From Octopus bimaculoides (taxonomy: Eukaryota), in assembly GCF_001194135.2 (NCBI RefSeq), contig NC_068984.1, positions 69,370,175 through 69,434,174 of the forward strand: a stretch of 64,000 bases of DNA, written 5' to 3'. This document shows positions 40,851-53,340 of this stretch, piece by piece. The first letter of the stretch is position 1. Every line of letters starts with the position of its first letter. Position numbers and translations under genes: made by a program. The notes under the pieces were generated by a model that was not told the origin of the DNA, did no database searches, and saw only the letters and a list, made by a program, of their open reading frames with translations.

Positions 40851-41494
40851 TGCAGCATTTTCTGTTTGTTGTTTTGCTTAATTTTGTTTAATTTTTTTTA
40901 TTAGCTCTAATTGGATGGATTGATAACTAATGTATTNNNNNNNNNNNNNNNNNNNNNNNNNNNNNNNNNNNNNNNNNNNNNNNNNNNNNNNNNNNNNNNN
41001 NNNNNNNNNNNNNNNNNNNNNNNNNNNNNNNNNNNNNNNNNNNNNNNNNNNNNNNNNNNNNNNNNNNNNNNNNNNNNNNNNNNNNNNNNNNNNNNNNNNN
41101 NNNNNNNNNNNNNNNNNNNNNNNNNNNNNNNNNNNNNNNNNNNNNNNNNNNNNNNNNNNNNNNNNNNNNNNNNNNNNNNNNNNNNNNNNNNNNNNNNNNN
41201 NNNNNNNNNNNNNNNNNNNNNNNNNAAAAAAAAGACCTGTAGAAATACAGGAATACATCATGTGGAAAATAATATTGTGCTTTGAAAAGATTGATAGTCA
41301 TATTACACTCTGTCTTTATATTCAATATTTCACATTCGAAGAAATATTTCAATATCAAATGCATAAAATAAAAACAAAAATTTAGTAAAATTGGAGAAAC
41401 TATATAAAACAAGTTATCTAAACATCTAGATTTTAATTTTCTTTAATTTCATGTTTATCATGTGGATTCTAATTTATTCTTTCCTCCACCCAAA

Positions 41495-41603
41495 TAATGA
41501 TGATGATGATGATAATGATGACGATGACGATGATGACGATGATGATGATGACGATGATGATGGTGGTGGTGGTGATGATGACAACGATGACAATAATGAT
41601 GAA

Positions 41604-41654
<51 letters not shown>

Positions 41655-41655
41655 A
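41495..41655. repeat. (GAT)n/(GAC)n microsatellite
   Basis: Direct inspection; source of the poly-Asp/poly-His ORFs. Confidence 0.98.
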
Positions 41656-41918
41656 TAAAGTGTAGACCAATGTATTTAGCATAATTGAAAAAGATTAGAA
41701 TTTATCAGCAAAAATCTACTCTTAGAATTCACCAGAAAGTTTTCTTAATTGCGCATAGAAAGTTTTCACAAAATTCATTCAAAATTCTTATTGCAAATTG
41801 TCACTTCCTGTAGACATCTATTGTTGAAACTAAATTTTGATTCATATCTAATTTCTTGACAACATAGTTATTATATGCAACATATATCATATATCATAAT
41901 TATCACAATTACACACAC

Positions 41919-41949
<31 letters not shown>

Positions 41950-42104
41950 TATATACATGTACATATATATATNNNNNNNNNNNNNNNNNNNNNNNNNNNN
42001 NNNNNNNNNNNNNNNNNNNNNNNNNNNNNNNNNNNNNNNNNNNNNNNNNNNNNNNNNNNNNNNNNNNNNNNNNNNNNNNNNNNNNNNNNNNNNNNNNNNN
42101 NNNN

Positions 42105-42136
<32 letters not shown>

Positions 42137-43143
42137 TGTATGTATCTTTTCACTGTAATGTCTCTCTCTTTTTAGGTTCCAAAAGCATATTCAAGATTTG
42201 AAAATTAGATACTTATTGTATCAGGAGTCATTTAGTTTTCTTATTTGTCTGTTTAAGTGGCAGCAAGTTGCTGTTATATTGATAACTATTAGTAATGGTA
42301 TTTTAAGTACTAATTGAACCATTGCATGACTTAAACCAATTGCATGCAAATTTTAGTTTCACTAGTGGATTACTAAAGAAAGTGTTACTTGATATGTTCT
42401 GAATGAATATAATGTAGAATGATTGATAAATAGTTGATGAATGATAAGATTTAAGATGATAATATATAATCTTTAAATTTAGACTGAATGCATTATTGTT
42501 GGGAGAATTGATAGTGTCTGACAAAATGCCTTGCACTGGTCGTTGCATTTTACATTCTCCTGTTAAATCAACTTTACTTTTTTTATCTTTTCTGGAATCG
42601 ATAAAATAAAGCACCATTCAAGGGATAGCGTCAATTTTAATCAACTTAATCCTCGATCCTGCCAAATTTCAAGCCTTGTGCTTATCTTAGAAACTACTAC
42701 TGCTGCTGCTGCTGCTGCTCTGTTATATGCAACAGAAGCTGTATTAGATTAAGACAGCTATCTTACTGTGAAAAGTAAATTTACTGTGCTATTTGCCTGA
42801 AGATAATATTAATGTTGTTGTTGCTATTATTATTGTTATTATTATTATTATCATTATTATTATTATTTTTTTAATTTTTATTAAGATGAAGAGTGCGATT
42901 CAATTGTAATAGATATTTTATTGGTTGGACGATATTTTGAAAGTAAGCCTGTCTTTATCGAATTCAAAATATGAAGCGATAAAACTTCAAAATTATAGAT
43001 ATTTAAATTCAAAATATCAACGAGAGAAACCAGAGTCCACACTTTAAGTTTCAATTTTATAGCAAGCAAAAAGAAACAGACAGAAAAAAAAAGACAGAAA
43101 GATAGAGGAAAGAAAAAAGAAAAGGGAAAAAGAAGAAGAATAT

Positions 43144-43560
43144 TCAATCAAACAGTTTTGTATAAATTTGATGATATTCTCCTATCCTTTTATTCATTCC
43201 TCCAGGGTGTGATGTTAATAACCCACAAACATTTCTCCTCATGAATTTTGAGAAGTGAAAGTGAAGAAGATTCAGAATATTTTCTGAGAATATGCAGTTT
43301 CAAGTCTTTTTCAAAACTGCAGCTGTTTGAAGCAAAATGTTCAGCATGTTCTGTCGAACTACTGTTATTGTGTCTGACGTCATATCTGTGCCCATTAAAT
43401 CTTTTGTTTAATTGTTCTGTTGTACTAGCAACATAAATCAGATTGTGTTTCATGCATTCTGCCACGTACACCAAATGGGAATCTTTACATGTTCCACCTT
43501 CTGTATAAATCTGTTATGATTCCTGATGGAATTCACTTGTTGCACAATCAACAGGGCTTA
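43144..43560 (-). pseudogene. GIY-YIG endonuclease domain of the Penelope-like element
   Basis: GGTCKDSHLVYVAECMKHNLIYVASTTEQLNKRFNGHRYDVRH..EHAEHF..KIHEEK, then frameshifted HPGGMN; matches the PLE GIY-YIG pattern. Confidence 0.88.
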
Positions 43561-45729
43561 CCTATCTTGTGAATGTTTTTCAAGGTACAGCATGCAGATA
43601 CTCCAATGTTCATTTTCTTGGAGTCAGAAATAGAGGTCAATAATTCTCTTATATTCTTATTCTGTCTAAAGGCTACAATTGGCGGCTGAGGAAATATCTG
43701 CTTGAAGCATGAATATTTTTTTGCCACATGCTGGTAACTTTCATGCAACACTTTTGAAATGCCAACGAAATTTGGTTGCTGGTTAATCACTAACGAAATT
43801 CTGTAATCTATTGTATTGTGTTTTCTAAAATTATGCATGAAGGTTTGACTATCTTTGCTAATCTTAACTATTTCAGTTGCTACTTCCTTTAATCATGATT
43901 CACTGTAACCACATTCGACACAATGATGTACAATAGCATTTCCATGTTTCCAGTAATCCTCTATATCAATACAAATCTGTTTTATCCTCAAATATTGGGA
44001 TTTGAGATTTGACTGAATAACATGATGTGAATGATCAGAGCAGCGGTGGAGATCAATGTGGGATGATGTGGGCTTGCAAAATAACTCTGTCACTATTCTG
44101 CCTCCAGAAAACTTAACTTTTGTGTCCAAAAATTCAATGGTAGTTTTTGAAAAACTAAACATAAATTTTATGTTGGACTTAAAGCCATAGTTTTTAGCAT
44201 AACAGTCACTGAAATGCAAGAAGTCAATTAAACTATCCTGTGATCCTTCCCAGACAAAAGAAGATTTCATCGGTGAACTGTAACCAAAGTATTGGTTCAT
44301 TACTATGAAGGGATTTGAATGTCTTCAGTAGCTGTGTCTTGAATTTCATTATGAAGACATTAGCAAAATTAACTGCCATGGGAGTACTCATGATGCAATC
44401 CCTTGTCCGATGGAAATATCTTTGTCCAAATTTCATTGTTACTTTGTAACTCAAATCTCAATAATCTACAGAAAAAATTTGATGGCATACTTTTGTTTGA
44501 GCACTTTTTGAAGGCATCCATGCATGCTTCTACCCCTTTATTGTGGTCAATATTGGGATATAAGGAAGAAACATCCATGGTTACCAAAAAACTGTTCTCG
44601 ATATGGTCTTGGTGCTTAAAAAAGTTGTTGATTTTAGACACAAAATCAAAAGTATCCCAAATATAGGAACTTGATCTTTCTGTGACAGGGAGTAGAAAAC
44701 CATCCAGCCATTCTGAAATCTTGGCTGTACAACATTCATATCCACTGCAAATTGGGTGCAAGGGAGAAAATCTTTTAAACGTTTTGTGTATTTTAGGGAG
44801 ACCATAAAATACAAGTGTTTTTCTTACTGACCATAAAATCCTGGATTCGGCCTTATTTATGAAATTGTTTTCCTCCATTTTCAGAATTATTTTGTCAAGT
44901 TCCTCTCTGTAATTTGGGTTTTGATCAACAGGTAATTCTTCATGTGAAGTTTTGTCAATTAAAAGTTCTTCACAAGCTGATATATACTTACTTTTGTCTA
45001 TAATTATGATAGCACCTCCCTTAACTGCCATTTTCATAACAATAGAATCATTATTAGATGTCAAAGTGCATAACATTGGGAATTTGTGAGGTTATTTCAG
45101 TACTTCTTTGCCCTTGTTTTAAGGCTTTCTCTGATACCTGTCTGACAAGATTCAAGAAATTTCAGTAGTGCTTGTTAACATCCAACCCAAACTTTATCTG
45201 GATATCAATAGAGATTTTTTTTTTCAATCTGGTTATGCCAAATTCGATCATCATCATTTTTATTTTCAGTAAGCATAGGGTTTTCTGACTCCTCACTACC
45301 AGTTTTTCAAAAAATATTCCTTCAGCTTGTGACAGCAGACAAACTGAAATAGCCCTTGAGGTAGTTTATTCTTGTCGAAATTCTTTGTGTTTGGGCAGAA
45401 ACTCAGTCCAAGATCCAAGACTGAGACATCGTCAGGTGAAGTTTTAGTTTAGATAAATTAATGACTGACATATTCTCTAGTGTGATGGATTTTCTCAGGC
45501 AAGTGGTTTTCAGAGTCTTACTCTCATTAGATTCCTGACTATTTTTTGGGCTTTGCTCGAAATCTTCACCAAAAACATGGAGCCTATTGAGTGATAAATT
45601 TTGTTCTGAATGTTCATGTGAGAAGTTATGATTTTTAGTCGTACTTCTAGGGATAATCCATTTCTGAGTGGGTGATAGAACGTGAGTGACTTCTGTGGTT
45701 TTGTAGACATTTGAAAAACCTTTACTTTC

Positions 45730-46200
45730 AGGAAAGGAACAAATTTATTGTTTTCGAGGCAAAATCTTAAATGTGCTAACATTCTTGACTGATCAAATAA
45801 AAACTTCTCTGGAGTATTTCCACTGATCAGTTCAAATGCATGCGCCATGGCAAAAAGGCCACAGTTATATGCACTAACTTGGGGATTAGTTACATGAAGT
45901 TGCTGAACTGTAGGAATAATGTTTATCTGTTGTGAGTATAACATTGTTATTTGTGTTATTAATTTCTGTGAAACTGTCATAAATATAAACATCTCCGAAA
46001 AAATTGGTCGACAAAACAAAATGATTGTTCCTGGTGTGATGAATGAACAATGTGTGGTGTGGATTGTATGTTAGACATTCCGTGTGAGAAAAAATGGTTG
46101 ATTATACTGGGATTTCAGGAAAATTTTCTGCTATGATTTTCAACCTGGTGTCAATAAGTTTATCACATAACATTTGTCCCAAAAGTAAAAACGACTTCTC
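45730..46200 (-). pseudogene. Ulp1/SENP-like (peptidase C48, clan CE) cysteine protease domain, frameshifted
   Basis: Manual translation: GQMLCDKLID..IIAENFPEIPV*STIFS..LFIHHTRNNHFVLSTNFFGDVYIYDS, a frameshift near 45970, then LITQITMLY..VQQLHVTNPQVSAYNCGLFAMAHAFELISGNTPEKFLFDQSRMLAHLRFCLENNKFVPF. Candidate catalytic His 46021-46023, Asp 45976-45978, Gln 45879-45881, Cys 45861-45863 (Q-x5-C spacing). Confidence 0.8.
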
Positions 46201-46347
46201 TTATTTCAAATCAAATGTTCTTGACCAAAATGTTCCCTTTGCTCACTGGTTCAGAGGAACAGGAAATCAGCTTTTTCAGCTTCTTTTCTTTTTTCATCTT
46301 CAGGGCCGAAATTTCCTTTATGAAGAGTTACGTCAATCCTTTCAAAA

Positions 46348-46379
<32 letters not shown>

Positions 46380-47649
46380 GTATCTTTATTATTATTATTA
46401 TTATTATTGATTCCAGGTGTATATACACATTTATTTTGCTCCAAAGCTTGCCTTTAAAATATGATAATATTCAGAGAAAAGCCTGCCCTTGATAATTAGA
46501 ATAAGACAACAAAAAGGGGAAGGTGTCTTTTTATAAATTTTTCCTTAGTCATTTAAAAGCATGTCATGTTCATTTTCCAAATGCCATCATTCATAAATAT
46601 TCTATGCAACAATATGTTGTGTCAGCTTATGGGGAAATGATAAGAATGCAAAAATATAATAGACAGCTTAATAAGCAAAAAGAAAAATGTAATGAACATT
46701 TAAATCAATGTTTAACACAAAAATATTTAAATCAGTCTAAGAGATAATTTTGAAAACAGTGTTAGCACCATTTGCACTTTAATTTGCTCACATTGTAGCT
46801 GTCTTAAAGTGAGCCAAACCACAATTACACAGCAGAACAAAAGGAAGTTTTAAACTTAAGGTAGTTTCAAGTAAACACTTGTAATTGGGAAAAAATTAAT
46901 AAGAACACACACAAGTCCAAAAGAAAGCAAAGAAAAATTTTATACCTGCGTTCAAGCAAAAATTGAAGTGAACTTAATTATATTCCTAACAAGAATTACA
47001 ACTGGCACTTCTGGGCAACTCAGTCTTTGAAGCAAATGAGCAAACACCTTGTCTCATAACAATAGAAACCTGTAGCACTATTACAACTGTTGTGTGACAA
47101 AGAATAAATAATGGTTGCAGAGGAATACATACATGGTATTGAAGGAAACACTAATGGGGAAACATTTCAAAATAGAAAAGTCAACACAAAACAACAGAAA
47201 TGGATGAGAAAGAACAAGTTCTTCAAAATCAGTACAACTACTCAGAAAAATGATGAAAAGGTCTAAGGTTTTTTGTCATTACAATTTGAAACAGACAGCT
47301 AAGTAACAAAAGCATGCATCTGTGGTGCCAGGCATTTTACTTAGAAGTTAGGTTTAGAGAAAAAAAAAAGCAGCATGCCAAAGACACATTGTTAGTGAAA
47401 ACCAAACAAAATTACTATGATAAATTAATGCAATCTCACCCTGAAAATGTTGATGTTTCTCAATCACAACTACCCCAAAGTGCAGTGTTGTTGTCATTTC
47501 TGTCAATAGACCAACTATTTACTTTGCATCCTCAGTGACATGAGAAATATCAAACTTCTTATTTGTAAAATAAGTACAGGTTAGTGATAGGAAGAGCATC
47601 AGGCTGTAAAACAATGTCTTGATAATATTTGCATTTAATAGAAAATACA

Positions 47650-49388
47650 GAGGTAAAAGGAAAAGGGAAAATGTCCCGAAGAGAGGAGGATTATATTTTT
47701 TAGATTCACCAAGAGGAACTGGAAAAAGATTTGTTACAAATTTAGTGCTAGCCAAAATCCGGCAGAAAAAAGAAATAACCTTAGCTGTAGCAAGGTCTGG
47801 AATTGCTGCGACTTTCATCCAAGGAGGTTGAACAGCTCACAGAGCATTCAAGCTGCCATTAAATCTAGCTTCAAATGATGAACCTGTCTGCAATATTAGT
47901 AAAAGTTCTTCTTTAGCTCAAGTTCTCATAAAATGTTCTTTGATCATATGAGATGAAGCTACAATGTCCCATAAAAATTTAGTAGTAGCTGTTAACAGAA
48001 TGCTGCAGGATTTGTGCAATTCCAATTGTTTGATGCGAGGTGGGACAGTAATACTTTCAGGTGATTTCAGAGAAACTTTGCCAGTGATTCCCAGGGAAAC
48101 AAAGGCAGATGAATTGAAAGCATGCTTGAATTCTTTTGTTTTATGGAAACATATCAAAGTTTTAAAGCTTTCTACAAATATGAGAGTAAATTTGCATGGA
48201 GATCATCTGTGGGAACAATTTGCCCATACTATTTTGTAACTTGGAGAAGGAAGGATAGATATCAATCATGAAGGTAACTTGAATCCATCAAAATCTGCAC
48301 CTTGGTCAGCTCGGTTGAGGAACTTTTGAAAAAGTTTTGCGAATTGTAATTTCAAATTCCACAAATGTTCTTGATTGTGCAAAAGAGCAATCATGGAACC
48401 AAAGAACATTATTGTGAATAATTTAAATGAAAGACTCGAGAAACTTATACCGAGAAATGAATATAACTAAAAATTTATAGACTCTGTTGTGGATTAATTG
48501 GAAATAGTCAATTACCCAGTTGAGTTCTTAAACTCACTGCAGCCACCAGGAGCTCCTCCTCATTGCTTTCCATTGTTTCTGCACAACCTTTCTCAACCAA
48601 ACTGTGTAATTGCACAAGACATGTTGTGAAGAACTTAATGAGAAATGTCATATAGACCACACTAATTTCTGGCTGTGGAAAAGATGAAGAAGTTTTTATT
48701 CCTCAGTTGCCTTTAATACCTTCCAATATGCCCTTCGAGTTCAAATAACTTCAGTTTCCAATTCGTCTGTCTTTTGCAATGTCCATTTATAAGTCTCTAG
48801 GTCAGGTTTTGTAAGTTGCTGGTTTGCAATTAGAAGAGGTCTGTTTCTCACATGGTCAGTTATATGTTGGTACATCCAGAGTGGCGAGCAAGAACAATCT
48901 TTTTATTTCTGCCCCTACTGGTGAAACCTGAAACATTGTCTATAAGGAAGTCTTTACCATGGGATCAACAAACTAAAATTTGCAGAATTATTAATAACTT
49001 TAAATTGACATAGTCAACATCACACTATATTCGTCTACGAAAAGCTATTTGTATTTTAGTTTGTTGCAATATTTGAGTTCAATAAATGATAGTACATATG
49101 TTTTTAGTTTTCCGTGAACTTTTATTGACTTATCTTGTACAAGACATAAGCCAAAGATTGTGTGATATTTGCTTCATTTATAGACTGAAATACTATAGAT
49201 CATAGATCAGAAGTTTATATGCACCCATGATAATATTGGCCAAAAGGAAAACAGCTCTATCATCTACATGAAAGTTAATAACCATTTCTTATATATGTTC
49301 AATACAATTTAAGTGAATAACTTTCAATATTCATAGTACAATTTTGACAGCTTCTTTCAGTCCAGTCAATGACGGGCGTTTCTGCTAG
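47650..49388 (+). mobile_element. Helitron 3' part: decayed PIF1-family helicase plus 3' hairpin/CTAG terminus
   Basis: LYFLDSPRGTGK (Walker A), AVARSGIAAT, LII*DEATMSHK, GDFRETLPVIP, LKLSTNMRV, FPIRLSFAMSI, CFSHGQLYV..SRV, NIVYKEVF. Hairpin CCAGTCAATGACGGG at 49362-49376, then CTAG at 49385-49388 followed by T. Confidence 0.93.
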
Positions 49389-50285
49389 TATATGTATATA
49401 TATGTGTGTATGTATATACATACACACACAAACACATGCATATACACAGAAGCATATGCATGTGCAGATACCTAACGATGTAAAAGGAGAACAAAATTTA
49501 GCTAAAGTCTTTCCAGACTGAATAATGTATATGAGTGTGTGTGTGTGTGTGTATATGTGTGCCTGTCTGTCTGTCAGTTTGTGTGCACGTTTGTGTGTGT
49601 GTTCATGTATGTGTGTGTGTGTGTGTACATGCCTGTATGTTGGTATGTATACACACACATACACAGATCTGTATGTCTGTGTGTCTATGTGTGTCTCTGT
49701 GTGTCTGTGTGTCTATGTGTGTGTGTGTGCATGTATATGTACAGTGAGAGTAGAGAGGGGGAAGTTACAAAGTGAGGGAGAGAGAGGTGAATGAGAAATG
49801 ACATCTTAGTTCTGATTGAATTTGCTAAAATGCATGATTTTAAAAGTAACATATCTTCGGTTTCTAGTCTTCATTGAATATAATCACAAATATAAGAATT
49901 TTGTCTCCAAATTAATATTTTATCTATCAAATAGAAAACTATAAAAATCACTTGAATGTAAAATTCAAATTTTCTTTTTCCATTAACAGTAATTTATCTA
50001 TTTTACTTATTTAAAGTTGTTTATTTTAAAAATATTTAAATGCAGTTAATATAATGTACTGTATATAACATACTGTATATAATGTACTGTTGTATCTCAA
50101 GCAATATGTAATCTTGTAGACAGGAAGTTATTGCTGTTGAAGTTTATAGTAATGTGAGAAAATAACATAACAAAGGATAAAGGTAATCTTCCAATCTCTC
50201 TCTCTCCCTCTCTCACTCTCTCTCGCTTCCTTTTTTCATACACCCTCTAAATATCTAATTCTTTGTCTGTTTGTCTATCTATCTA

Positions 50286-50383
<98 letters not shown>

Positions 50384-50804
50384 CCTATCTATCTATCTAT
50401 CTATCAATCTATCTATCTATCAATCTTCTTCTTTTCTAAATATCTGACTATATCTGACACTTCGTCTGTCTACATGGCCAAATATTAAAACCTCAGCAAC
50501 ACAAAGATCTCTATTCTCTTCTTTGGTAATGTTTTAATATCTCATCATATTACTTGTATTATTTTCTCTCATTGCTATAAAGTACATTTAACAACAATGG
50601 ACACCACATCCTACAAAATACTCTGAAGCACATTGCATGAGGAATTTTACTTATGTTACTTTTATTGGTTAGTCCACAGTCAGCTGTGATGAAGCAGAAT
50701 TACAATAAAAAACATTTAATCCATGTAAATCTCATTTTTATTTAGGGATACCCTACCCCCGATAACATTATCTAATATATCACTTTCTTTTTAAAAAAAT
50801 AAAG

Positions 50805-51135
50805 CAACAGCATAGCCAAATGGTTGAGAAGTTCAATTTGCAATCACATGGTCCTAGGTTCCATCTCAGTGAATGACATCTTGGGCAAATGCCTCAGGTG
50901 AACCCAAGCCTCATAGGTAAAATTGTGCAGATGGTAATTCATGCAAAGCTATTAGATCAGTTATACTTGTATTTCAATGATTTATCCATATTAGTTTGAA
51001 ATGTTTGGCACAAGGTCACCAATTTCGAGGCATGACATAAGTTGATTACATTGACCCCTAGTGTTCAAATGGCACTTATTTCATTGACCCCCACAAGGAT
51101 GAAAGCAAAGTCGACCTTGGTGGAATTTGAACTTA
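50805..51135. mobile_element. Two adjacent SINE relics in opposite orientation
   Basis: 50805-50960 (+) tRNA-like head ATAGCCAAATGGTT..CACATGGTCCTAGGTTCC; 50990-51135 (-) GGATGAAAGCAAAGTCGACCTTGGTGGAATTTGAAC. Confidence 0.65.
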
Positions 51136-53340
51136 GATGATGTATCCTTATTGCACACTATCTCACAGGGATTTTACCTAACAATTACATGAAAGGTGCT
51201 TATGTCTGTGGAACACTCAGCACTTACATGCTAATTCAATGAGCAGTCGATCAACAACTGCTTCCTCATTGCTGAAATAATGAGATGACAAGCTTCCATT
51301 TACTGAGTAGCACAGTAAAGAAGATTCGACTATACCTAGCAGGTCAAGTAGCCATCAAAAAATTCATTGGTTAGCTTGTGGAATATGTAAGTGGAAAGTT
51401 ACTGTTTCAACAGCTGAGATTCATTGAAATGTAATAAGAAAAGTAATGTAACTTTATATTCAGGAACAGACATAGAAGTACATCATATTTTCACATATTG
51501 TATGAGCCATTAAATAAAAAGTTGGCATCAGGAAGAGCATCCAAAAAGTTCAATCTAACTCATGCTGGTACAAATAAGCAGACATGAAAAAAGATAGTGA
51601 TGATGATGATAATGATGATGATGATTATGACAATACTGATGATATCACTGATGATGATGATGATGAGGAAGATGATGACAACGATGGTGTTGATGATAAT
51701 GACAATAAGTTAATGCTGCTATTCAAATCATATCCTATTGCAGCTGTTTTAAATAATTTATATTAAAAGTTAGAAGAATTTTGTGTACTTCTTAATCTTT
51801 GAAATCGACCTATGTTTAAAGACATTCTGATTTTGACCATCCAGTTTTTGGACTATATTATCTAATGTATCTTCTTTTATTAATCACACGATTATATGGA
51901 TATTTCCGGGAGACGTGGTTTCTATTTCTACCAGATTACATTAACACATAGAAGCTCATTTGTTGACCCATAAAAAAAATTCCATTTTGACAAGATACTC
52001 AACCTATGTCTACTTTATACAAGAAACTGCATTAAAGTTTAAACTACACAGTTTTTTACAGATGAATTTTATTGTTGTTGTTACTGCAGCTTCTGTTGTT
52101 ATTAAGGCCAAAGTCAATTTTAATCAAGCAAACCTACCAGCAAATATATTCCAGTTTTACCAATTCCTTTAGTTTTCTACATTTAGCAGATCCAGAACCA
52201 CATTATCTGTATCCTTTTTTAAGCTAGTAAGCATGATTTGAGGGTGATCTTGCTGTTATTTCTAGTAAGCCAAGCGACCACGTAAAGGGTCCCTTGTTAG
52301 CTTACAATGAATTTGGTTGAAACAGTAACTAGTTTTTCAGTGATTACAGAGTTCAACTATTTTAACACAAAAAAGAAATATTGTGCTATTCATTACTTCT
52401 GAGTTATTTCACAAGATATCTTTACACTACTAATTATATATTAGTGATATGCTTAGTAGTGCTCATTTTTATGTTAAGTTATACTACAGAACAAATCTGT
52501 ATATCGAAGCCATCTCTGTGTTGTCATTGTCATTGTCATCATTTTAATGCCTACTTTCCATTCTATGGGCAGCTGCTCTTTCCATCAAATAAACAAATCT
52601 CCTTCAATGATTATGATGTTCACACAATTATCACACAATGTTAACACAAACAGACACGAACATAGGCATACACACAGACACAGATGCATATGTATTTATT
52701 AGTAGTCCTTTGTATCTCTCTTAATATGTATGTGTGTATGTAGAGTGGAACAAAAGTCTTCATTATAACATCATAAATTACACAACGTTTTCACCCACTT
52801 CACTAGTGTATAAACAGTAAGCTGTGCCGTTATCATTGCATAGGTAATTGTGTAATCATTTTGAAACACCAGATCTTCAGAAAAATATAGCAATTTAATC
52901 CATTGTTATTTACCATGTTTATATATATATATATATAGTGATGATCTAGAGTTGCCTCTGATATATATATATNNNNNNNNNNNNNNNNNNNNNNNNNNNN
53001 NNNNNNNNNNNNNNNNNNNNNNNNNNNNNNNNNNNNNNNNNNNNNNNNNTTAGCACTATGTCTTTCTCCATTTCTATGGTAAGGGTGAAAATAAAGCAAC
53101 CCTGAAAAATGCAACTGATTTTTATGCACAGATGCACAAAATAAAAGCAATAAAGACAGTGGAGTACGCAACAAAAATCAGTGATCTGACTGTCATCTGT
53201 ACTCTTGACAAGAGATGTCAGTTAGTCTTTTACACCTACAAGACTCATTTGTATTACCTGAAGTTGCTGGATAAGTTCTTTCACTCCTTTAAGAATATTG
53301 TAGAATGAAAACTTTTCATAGATTGGAATTTAAATCCTAT

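Larger units (their letters stand above)
42876..46347 (-). mobile_element. Penelope-like retroelement (RT + C-terminal GIY-YIG, Neptune/Poseidon-type order), decayed, 5'-truncated, with N-terminal Ulp1-like protease
   Basis: Minus-strand fragments in colinear order: SVINLSKLKL/PDDVSVLDLGLSFCP (PLE N-terminus, ~45470-45370); IVMKMAVKGGAIIII, FYGLPKIHK, PLHPICSG, LVTMDVSSLYPNIDH (ORF 44369-45076); MSTPMAVNFANVF and WLQFTDEIF (decayed xIDD motif, 44233-44454); IKF..FLD..KPT..LH..S.H..SQYLRIKQIC (43893-44300); Cys-containing linker; VYVAEC..YVAST..LNKRFNGH..HF..PGGMN (GIY-YIG), stop at 43144-43146. Multiple frameshifts and stops. Confidence 0.92.

Noticed and set aside
41451-41684. Poly-Asp/poly-His ORFs (also 51584-51766, and poly-Leu 40571-40858)
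   Set aside because: Trinucleotide microsatellites with no flanking coding signal.
45430-45440. CTGACGA on the minus strand as a hammerhead core
   Set aside because: It lies in coding sequence (PDDVS) and has no downstream GAAA/stem II.
45730-46200. Protease domain as cargo of the neighbouring Helitron
   Set aside because: It is on the opposite strand, ~1.4 kb from the helicase relic, and colinear with the PLE ORF.
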